Origin: Catajapyx aquilonaris
Lineage: Eukaryota
Length of the DNA stretch: 20,000 nucleotides
Assembly: GCA_000934665.2 (NCBI GenBank)
Contig: JYFJ02001985.1
Span: 45,075-65,074, forward strand
Reading direction: 5' to 3'
Part shown: in pieces, positions 1 through 10,544 of the stretch
How positions within the stretch are numbered: position 1 is the stretch's first letter
Layout of the letters: the number at the start of each line of letters is the position of its first letter
Notes under the pieces: model-generated
Told to the model about the DNA's origin: nothing
Database searches by the model: none
Seen by the model: the letters and a program-made list of their open reading frames with translations, nothing else
Position numbers and translations under genes: made by a program

Positions 1-183
1 TTTAGTTTCTGCCTCATCGCTAGGGGTAGGGCTGCTGGCTGAGGAGGTCCCATTACTAGAAGATCCTGATCCTGTTCGTCGTTTGGTGCACAGGAGGACA
101 CTGCGATACACATGTGATGCTGCCTGTGGCTGCATCCGGTAGCATTTCATTATATCCATAAATGACTGCTCCCTATCTGTCAC
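1..183 (-). CDS. RBL1: RBL exon 13, partial (VTDREQSFMDIMKCYRMQPQAASHVYRSVLL..SSPTPSDEAETK)
   Basis: ggtcag| acceptor at 183, open to the window edge; conserved F..IM.CYR.QPQA.S.VYRSVL motif. Confidence 0.94.
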   Translation of the reverse strand, partial: MTDREQSFMDIMKCYRMQPQAASHVYRSVLLCTKRRTGSGSSSNGTSSASSPTPSDEAETK

Positions 184-3100
184 CTGACCAGCAAAATAAG
201 AGAATATGAACCGATTTCATAATGAAGAAAGTACATTATTTTACAAATTGGAACATTTGATGCTCTATCAGATATTTGACACTACTGTACTCTTGAATGT
301 GCAGTACATTGAACTACTCACCCTGCACACAACATATACTGCACACATGAGAATCTGGTCTAGGTGGCGGTCTTGCATGAGATCTGTGTGGTTCACAATG
401 GAGTGCTCAAAGCACGTCCAGATCTTTCGGCGTAGATCTGTGTCAGTCACATTCAGCTGAGTGCACAGTTCTTGTAGTCGCACTGAAGCAAGGTAGTAGA
501 ACTGTGGAAAAAGTCATAATAAAATTCCAGATGCAATGTAACTCAATGTAATACCTACTGGCATATGTTAATGTACTAGCATTAACATTCCACATAAAGG
601 AATCACGCAAAAAAAAAAAAAATCAGAATTGATCCAAATCAATCATAAGAGCAGTACTAACAGTATCAGAAAGTTACAAGGTTAACTATGAACCTTAATG
701 TTAAATTTCCCTATTATGGTCCCTTGTCTGCTCACCTAGGGTAGCATACCCACCTGGCTAACTGGATGTTCTACCCTTTTATATACACTGTCATGCAGAA
801 AACCCAGTAGATAAGTAACCCAGGTTGACCAGAGAGCAATCAGCAAATATATATTTTCAATATTAATTGCATTTATGAATTGAAATTAATTTTTAGTGAG
901 TCCTCACAGGGAATCTACATTTGCCAATACATGCTTAGTGCAGAGGAGTTTTCAATACCTTCCTAAAAAAAAGTCCCACAGAGCCTGACCTCTTGGGTTT
1001 GGACTTCTCCTCAGCCTCTACCTTCACTCTGATCTCGGGAAGGGCCGAAGGAGTGACCACAGTGGCAAGAACTGTTCCAGGTGGCATTATCTTGCATGGG
1101 ATGGGTATGTACTGCTCTCCATTCTCCCCAGATATAGCTGCAATAAATTAAATAAAACGTCAGACTTCAGACTACACATGCTCATAAATCTTCCAGTGTG
1201 TATCATTCCCAGCTGAACCTGTTAATTCTGCCACTACAAAGGAAATATATCCCTTCATGACCTCAAAAACACATCCACAGACCCCAATTGTGCATATATA
1301 AACTAGGTCACAACGGAGCACTATGAGGTGACTTTTGGATGAAGCACAAGTACCAAGTTAAAGTATCAAGCCAGTGACCTTGAGCAATCTTTGAACACCA
1401 GCAGTTCCTCACTGGCATCAATTTTAACCTTGTGTGTACCACCACTGCACAGCATTTTCTGTCATGGGAATGCCTATCCCTATGAATTGGCTAATACTAT
1501 TTATGCTGACCGGTCCTCCCTCCAAGGGGTTTTAACAATGGCTGAAACCTAGATCAGCCACATAAGTAATCAAAAAATTATAAACTCTCCAGCTGTATCT
1601 CCAGAACAATTGACTAGCAAAGGCAGACAAACCCAGCATCCAATGGGAGTACATGATCACATGGGTGAGACTCCATTGTGCCACCACAGGGATCCTTTGG
1701 ACCCCTACATAAAATAGCACCACAGATATGGGCCCTTCGCACCTCTGCCCATGCCCCCCACCTCCCCCCACCTCCTCCCTGCGATAAGATGGGGTGTGTC
1801 CAGGCCCTACTATTCTTAGATCGTGCTTCTAATGAACACTAATATATTTCAAAATACAAATTTTTCTCTCATATTCTACGATGGTGGACCAGTCAATCAG
1901 ATACAGCTGATAAAATGCTACTTTGTCATGTTCTCTACACCATACAAGATCAAGTTGACACATCTTAATTACTTATTTAGTGCAACCAAAAAAATACATA
2001 ATCCATCCTACATCACAAAAACAAAAATTCTCACTATTACATAGCCTAAAGGCCGCTTCACAAACTCAGCGTTGCGAAAGCGGGGCGAAATGCCCGTTTC
2101 ACAAACTCGGATTTGCGCGAGCGGGGCGTGCAGAGCGCGGAAAATTTGCAAAGGGCTATTCACAAATGCTGCGTGCGATGACCGAGCGCGAGCGTTGCGC
2201 TGGCGTCCAACCGGGTGGACTTTCTGCGTGCGATGAGCGGAAGGCCCACATGCCCCGCTTTCACAACGCCGAGTTTGTGAAGCAGCCTTAACTAGGCTAG
2301 AAGTCCCATAATTCCTATTGTATTACATAGCCTGTAACATTAACACAAGAAATGCTTAGTATGCAAACTTAAGCTCCAATGTTACAATCCATTTGAAATC
2401 AAACAGTATATAAAATAGATCCTGGAATATCCCTCGACTTCACTGACAAAAAATAATTATAATAATAATTTTAAAAAATAAACATGGAATATGAAATGGA
2501 CAGATTGGAAGAATATTGAAAAACAGGTAAGAACAGAAACACTTGAAGCCCTTCTCTTCGTAAAAGTACTGAATAGTGCAAGTGTAAAACAATGGCAGTC
2601 ATACTCTTGATGTTGAGCAGTCCTCCCTTAGCCGAAGTCTGGAGCAGGGATTGGCCAGGCTTGAGTGGGGATCCCAGAGCTATCAGGGTGGAGGACACTT
2701 GGGTGGTGGCAGTAGCAGCCGGGACAGTGGCACTAGTAGTGATGGTGGTGGCAGGAGCAGCAGTGACACTAATGGACGGGGCTCCCTCCACAAAGAGGCG
2801 TTTCCTCGCAGTGCTATGGAGGACGGGCGACTGGAAACGCTCCGACACTGTTGACACTGGAGACTGTTGCGGGTCTGAAAGGATCCAGGTGGTGATGGAG
2901 GGGAAAGTATTCAAGTGAGGGGCTGCCACAGGATACTTGCTTTGGGAGGCTGCAGGAAAGGCTATTTACATAAGGAGTTGTAAGCGTGGTTACCTCTCTC
3001 TATTTTGCCTGAACCTTGGGTTTATAATCTTTCCCCCTCACTTGTATTAAATTCCAAAGCTCTTCTCAGGTCATTTATGTACAAGGGATGTGTAAATAAA

Positions 3101-6100
3101 ACAAATAATTCATATCTGCATGATTATAATTAGGCCCTTCGGGTTTTCATTGCCCAAGGGTAATTCTAGATGCTTTCTTTCGGTGCGTTTCAATTTATCG
3201 CATATTTTGGATATAGTTTTTTTCCCATCCCATAAATTTAAATTTCAAGGGAAACAGAACCAATCAGTTATCCAACACATTCAGCATACACAGAAGGGCT
3301 TCAAGTGTAGGTTACATGTACTGTACAATATTGCACAATAGGCAACAACAGTGCACTGAAGACAGAAATAAAGACATGCATAGCAGACAAGCAGGAAGCC
3401 TGGTGTCAACTACCAAAAGCACCCACAAGAAAAGCAGGAAGCACGAATTAGACAAGACAGTAACACTTGAAGCCTCTAGAAAAAATAAATAAATTATTCA
3501 GTAAATTTTTTTAAAACATTAAGAAAAACACACACAAAAAAAAATCCCACTGCCACAACTGGAACTTGCAATTATGAGTTCACCTCATATTCGTACTCAG
3601 TTAGTAGCATGTGCATGAAATATACGTATTCCACTACAGGATCATTATGCAACATAATTTCCTTTCACTTCAATGGTACATACATTGTGATGCCAGAGGC
3701 ATAAACAGGAATCATATGTACAATTTAAAAAATTCAACTTATTCACACTTATGGTGGCTCCTTAAGTCTATTGACATTTCTCCTACGGAAATCACACTTG
3801 CATGAAAAGGCAATATCTACTGAAGAACAAATTGGTTGGCTTTTAGCCATACACTGCAGGACCACCACAGTTCAGATGCCATGACTTACTGTGGCCTGAT
3901 CTTCACCCTAACCCTATAATTCAAGATTTTAAATAACCCTTTTTAGGCCTTTCTAATCAAAGGCCACCAAATGCTGTATTAACAGCAACACAACCATGTA
4001 TCTCAGTTGTCAGGCAGGTGGCTGAGGAGGACATGGGCAGGTGGGTGGCAGAGCACATAAGGACAGGGAGAGCTCATTGATTGGTTGTCAAAAGAGTGAG
4101 GAGCTAGTCATGTTTAAAATTGTACTTCTCAGCAATGGCTGGCAATAGTGGTCATTCACATGTAAAGGAAAGCCTCAGCACATGTGCAGTTTAGGGAGGC
4201 TACAATATGTAAGCTACTTCTCCATTCAAGCCCTTACTGAATAGTTTGGCTGCCTGAAGATCATACTTTGGGGCAGGAAAGGAGCAAATTGGCATAAGAT
4301 GGCACAGATGGTGTGTAGTTTTGAAATGGCTCTACAATGTGATGACAAAATACACTACTAAGGTCCTCATGTCTTATCCACTGAGGAGGTAAAAAATTAT
4401 TAACACTGCGACAAGTTGCAATCATTGGCAATAGTGATGGTTATAGGTTCACAGTTTTGAGAATTGTGGAAATGGCTTAGTGCACTGTGGCAATGTGCAG
4501 TCTGCTGAAAAGCCCAGTTCCTTGTGAGTTCAAACATGTCCAACGGTGGCAATAACATGCACTGCCTGTCTCACACAATTCCGGAAAGAGGAAAGCTGCA
4601 TTATGTTACAAGGGATCTGTTACACACAATCTACACACAATATTGTGCAGTGTGCAGCAACACATTTTTCTTGATATTAAATTTGTTTAAAATGATACCA
4701 GTAATAAGTGCAGGAGAGCGTAACCAATAAAAATGCATTTTGATGGAGCAGTATGTACTGAAGAATTTTTTCTGGTGAAGTGGGGATGTCTCATTTCTTC
4801 TGGTATCCTACAATGGTCCAGTGAATGACAGTGCCATTGTGGAATAATTCAATAAAGGTATGGGGTTTAGAGCATATCACAATTCATCACAGTACACCAA
4901 GCCATTCGTGACTCCCAAGCCTTTCCTCTTATGCACAATAAATTTATCCACTTCTTGTTTCAACCCATTCCAAAACACCATAAGTTAGCAGTGCAATGGT
5001 ACAAGTCAAGCACTGACATATTCCTTAATTTTTCATTAACTATATTGACATAATTATTATAGCTTGACATTCAAATATGAACTGGGCCATTTTCACTTTT
5101 GCTTGGCATAAGAATTGATGCAACTGTCTGTTATCAGCAAATATAGTGGTCGCCCTTACTTGCAAAATACAAATAACAATATCCAACTTACTTCTGAGAA
5201 TAAACTGTCGGTCCCTGGTAAGAAGCCTCTGGACAGTTGGATTAGGTAGTGTTGAAACAAGCTGGACCCCTTTGTTCTCACTCCCTTTACTCTTCCCACC
5301 TGGTCCTCCCATACCACCTTCCTCCAGTTGGCTGGGAAGTGACACCTCTTCCCACAATGGAACAGGAGGGAACTTCTTCAGCAGATCCCAGAGAGGAGAC
5401 TCACAGCGCCAAGCCATGTGTTCTAGGATCTGTTCTTCAATCTGTACAGATATATTAAATGTTATGGGTACATATTCCAGTGTCATCACTATTGTAGAAG
5501 GATCAATTATTTTATAATGTATAAATAGGGACAGATCATAAAAAATTGTTACCTTCTACAGCTTGTGGTATATTGATCATAATTAACTGATTACATTAAC
5601 CTCAATGATCACATTTGAATCTGATTACTGTGAGGCCCTTGAAAAGTGTTGAAAGTTGATAAACCTGGATATGCTCAGAAGGCAACTTCTGCTGGCAAAT
5701 GATGGCAATATATGCAGAAATATCTGTTAGAGTGAAATTTCTTTTGCTTCAACACTCTGGCAAGTGCTTGTAGTGTCAGATGTTAAGGTCATTTAAAAAC
5801 AACTGAGCAAAGGGCAATACCCCAATCAAGTCATGAAAATTATTAAAATAATGAAATGACTCTAACATGATTGAGGTGCTTCACGACATCTCTTGAGAGC
5901 TGGTCCTCGGCACGAATGGTCACTTCAATGACTTTGTAGAAGTGAAAAGGTTCGAGCATAAACACATCCAGCACCCACGGAAATGCACGCTGGGAGTTGT
6001 ATGAGAAGATAACTATTTCTAAGCAGCAGGCAAACAAAGACTGGTGGAAGATATCTTGCTCAAGTAGAAACTGAAACAAAAAAGGTGGTTCAACGTGATA

Positions 6101-9100
6101 TAAACCAGCAATATTTATCACAAGATCAACATACTGTTAGATCATAATCATTCTTCCTCTTGGTCTCCTCAATCAGGATATTTTCTAGCAGTTTGTAATA
6201 TAGTGTTTCTCCTAGCTGCAGCCTCTTCTTAGCAAAATCAATGTGGGAACCTGGAAAGTCCTCAGTCGTCTGGGCATAGCGAGTACAAAAAGTGTCCCCC
6301 ATTTCTCTTATCCTGCTCTGGATGGAATCTTCTGGGTTGTGGGTACATTTACTGCAAGAATTTGAGATTTTTAAAATGAGCATTCCAATGAACCATGGAG
6401 CAACACCTTTTAAATTCAGGGTACTTTCTTGACACTACAGCAGACTGGAGCATAATGATTTATAAGATAATCAATTGCTCGAGAAAGTATTGCTCTATGG
6501 TCTACGCAGTATTCCAAGGACCAGTAGTTGGGATCCAAGGATACATATGGAGATTTTTTGACCACGCAGAGTTCTTGATTCTTGCTTCCATCCTATCCCT
6601 GAGATCCACAACCATCCTTCCATCTAACCTGTACACCCCTTACTTAAACTACTTGACCTATTAAAACTTACATGAACTGGTGAGAATTAGTGATGAGTGT
6701 TTAGGTGGCTAATATAGAGATCAGCAGGCATAAGTCTTGCATTTTGTCACCAAGACCTTGACTTATAGAGTGAAAACCTGTTTGCTATGTTCATACTCCT
6801 GACATGAAATGCGGGGCAATTTGTAGCATTCACCACAAACTGCTTAAATAATTCAAGTGTTAAGTGTGGAAATGTTCTAAATGCAACTTCTTGGTATGGG
6901 ATTTCAATAGTGAATTCAGATGCACTCCTTTAAGTGGCAAAGAAGATATTGGGGAAGGAGGAAAGCAGCCACAAGGCTGGAGAGAGATAACCCTGGTTAG
7001 ACACAATGCTAGAAAACAAGTGAAGTACCAACCTAAAGATCTCTAACAATGTATCACTGGGACTAGCTTTCCTGCCAGCCAACAAAGCCTGTAGACGACT
7101 AACACTCTGGGTTGCCGTGGAGACAGGTGTGATGCTGTGGCACTCTTGAGCCTTCAGGTACAAACGACCAGTAAGTGGAGTTGTTGGAATAAAATTGCGC
7201 ACCTTGAAAGTATCCGTTTTGCCCTTTCCTCCTTTCTGTAAGACAATACCAGGAAAAATGAGTACTTACTTTATATTTAAAACGTTTAATACAACTTTTG
7301 GAGAATTCCAGAGAGGAATGCAACATCAGCAGAAAACAAATGGTGCCTTGGGACCTGCTTGGGACAGAGTTGCAATTAGCAAATCAAATGTTGCCAAGGT
7401 CCAAAGTAATTAAATTATACCCTGATAAAAGCTACTTTGCATAATGTGAGAAAAAAATCAATCGTTGACATAATAATATTATTGCCCACAAATTGTCACA
7501 CTAGAAATATGAAACCCTTCATTGTATATGAGCTCCTGACTCTCAACACTTACATAATTATTCTTGTGAGTAGTTATGACTGTACTGTTTTTGATGATAT
7601 GACTAGATGAAAAAAAGCTGCAATCCATTTTCACCTGAGCCTTCATTTAGAATTTTAGATCAGTCATGTTTAGAATTTGCCTAATTTGTCTCTCCGAGGT
7701 GATGTGCATGTAGTACTACTTTCCCTCTCAGTGGCAGTAGTGTGTCGAGAGGGACCCTTTGCACCACCTGCCAGTGGCATGTCGTCCCATGTCCAAGTGG
7801 GGGGAGAGCAGGGCAGCATTGGAAATATTTGGCCTTGGGTTTGGCACAGGTTCGCTCTCATGTGTAAGAATTCAGAATTTTTTACATTGCATGCTACAGC
7901 TCTGGAGGTTTGCAGATTTCTAGGCATTTAAGTGGTAGTGGTGCAAGATACATTTAAAAAGAACTCACCAAATCAGCTTGCTGCTGCTGTGAACGATATG
8001 CCTGCATCTTCTCTGCAAAATCCTTCAGTCCTTGTGACCCATTCATCTTAGTGGGAGTCCCTATTTCTTCATTGGCACCCTCACCAAGGTAAATCCTTTC
8101 ATCAAAGTCTCCAACACTGAGAACAAACTCCTCGTATTGCTTGTCAATTTGCTTCACATTGTATTCAAAATTCCCTGCATCCAACACTCCAAGATATTTG
8201 GAGGCATCCCCTTTGAGAACCTTGCTATCAAAGAGCTTTTTCAGATGGGGCTTCCACCAATACTCTTTAATGTGCAATGCTTCCACCTGGATGCCGTCAT
8301 GGCCTTCACACAGCTTGTGAATGACACTGGGGACTTCTGATGGAAGACTCCAATTTTTTTCCAGGAAATCGTTTGGTAGACCTGAAATAAAGTAATGATG
8401 ATCAATGCCATGGTCATAAAATTTATCACAAATTTAGCAAATAATCTAATCTCTATATATTTAAGGACCATCTCTTTTGTATTTTTACCTTCAGGCACCA
8501 AGTCTTACTTCACAGACCAAGCTTAGACCTACTGACATCCTTTAACCCTTTGACGCCTACGGACATCATATGATGTCCTGGTGGTTTTTGAACTGGGAGC
8601 GCTCGAGTTTACACAAAAATGGCACAGTCTGAGGCTCAAACTGATCCTACTACCCCCTGGAAGGAGGCCCAACTACCATGGCATATGCTAATCAGTTTTT
8701 CAGCCTCCCAGCATGAGCTAAACATACCCCCTCCCGCCTGAAAGTTTCTGCCAACATGCGTCGTCTGGGCTCGTAGTATTTTCTCAAAGTACAGTGTTTT
8801 AGTAGTATAACCATAGTAACAATTTTATAGTGACATTAAAAATTTAAATAAATTTAATTACATTTAAAGTTAATTTTTAAAAATCTGGAACACCCTGTAG
8901 ACAAATTTTTTCGGCATTTTACATTCAAAAGGACCCCCCACAAGTTGAAATGATAAATATTGGAGCATATTGTTTTTCATTAATATTACTCCTACTAGCA
9001 TTTTTTTCAAAGAGAGACTAAAACATCCCAAAAAACTCAGGCATCAAAGGATTAACCTTACTAGAAACTTTTCATGCAATCCCATGTCTAATAGTTTCAT

Positions 9101-10510
9101 GTCTCATACATGCATAGGAAAAAATAAGTAACCAGTGGTACACTACTGGAAAAAACTGCCTTGTACCCCTACAAGCACCACCACATGTGCTTCCAGAGGC
9201 ATGTTGCCAGGTTGAGTCACTTGTGCTCCCACTTGTGGCACTAATTGTAGGGGGTCAAGAAGTTTTTTCCAGCAGTGTACTGCTGGATGCACAGTTGTGC
9301 ATCTAATAGTACCACGCAGTGCTACGTTTACTCCACTGATCTCTATACAGAATGGATAGCTGAACTACTGCATTCGTCCAAGGCTGCTGGACTTGATTGT
9401 ACGCCATGTTACCGTGCTGTCTGCTTATGGTGTGCTTAGCAATGTAGTGCGATAATGATAATATACGTATATTCTTAGCCTACTTTTGCTCACACAACAA
9501 TGCCAACTTACTGTGCATATGTCAGGAATAGTACCTGCAATAAGTAGGCTACTGCTGTTTTGAATAATACATGCAGGAAAAAGGTTTTTCCTGAATTGTA
9601 CCGTCATATGTTTGATAGCCCCCCTGAAAACAATCATGTGCATCGGTTGGTTAAAGTTATAGCAGAAGTGTATGAAAAAGTTTGTCTGCACAACATTGCT
9701 AAAGAGCAAACATTGCTAGCTGATACAGCCAAAACACATAAAGAAGAACTAGTCAATGATGATTTTATCTCAGCACCAGTAATTTATGTTCATGAAGTGC
9801 ATTTTAATTATGGATAAGTTTGTAATAGTTCATTTTGTTTCTTTTTGTATGACTACTATAAAATCCCTTACCTTCCATCACACAAGTGTTTCCGTTACTG
9901 TAGCTCTAACAAGTGTCAAATGAAATTATGCAAACAGGAATTGCTCCACTCTTTGTACATTCATCTATGGCAGTACTTCCCAGTCTTTTTCGTTGGTGAA
10001 CCCAGAAAATCATATCGTGAAATTGCACCCCCCACTTTGAATTTCACCCACCTAACTCCACCCGTCCACACTAGCATACCTCTCGCAATAACCTGCCAGG
10101 CATGCACATTTTGATCCACCAACATGACAATCGTAATATTACTGCCGAATATCTGCATTGTTCTGTCACTTATCTTACGACAGGGGTTAACAAACTGTGG
10201 GGAGAGAGGGTAACAAATTATTTCCACGAAAATATTCTAGGTCTCTTGGAAATTATGACCATAACGTAAGTTACAAAACAATTCAGATACTGGTACTCCA
10301 CACCACACTAGTTTAAAATGCTTTTAATTTCACTGTTTACCTGTCTTTTCATGTTGGGGGATCAAAATGTGCACATGAGGAGGGTCGGGAATTTTACGAG
10401 ACAATTATCTGGGGTCGCGAATGGAAGAAATATACTGGGAAGCACTGCCTTATATTTTTAAAGGACAATGAAACTATTTTGTAAAAAGATTATTATTATT
10501 ATTATTATTA

Positions 10511-10544
<34 letters not shown>

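Noticed and set aside
1980..2291. 103-aa ORF
   Set aside because: Lies almost entirely within the non-coding Harbinger-like MITE.
2592..2918. Plus-strand ORFs over exon 10 (likewise 206-460, 5146-5517, 8137-8340, 12816-13010)
   Set aside because: Antisense shadows of RBL exons.
2538..3474. Shared 13-mer AACACTTGAAGCC near 2538 and 3462
   Set aside because: Too short to distinguish from chance, with no extended alignment.
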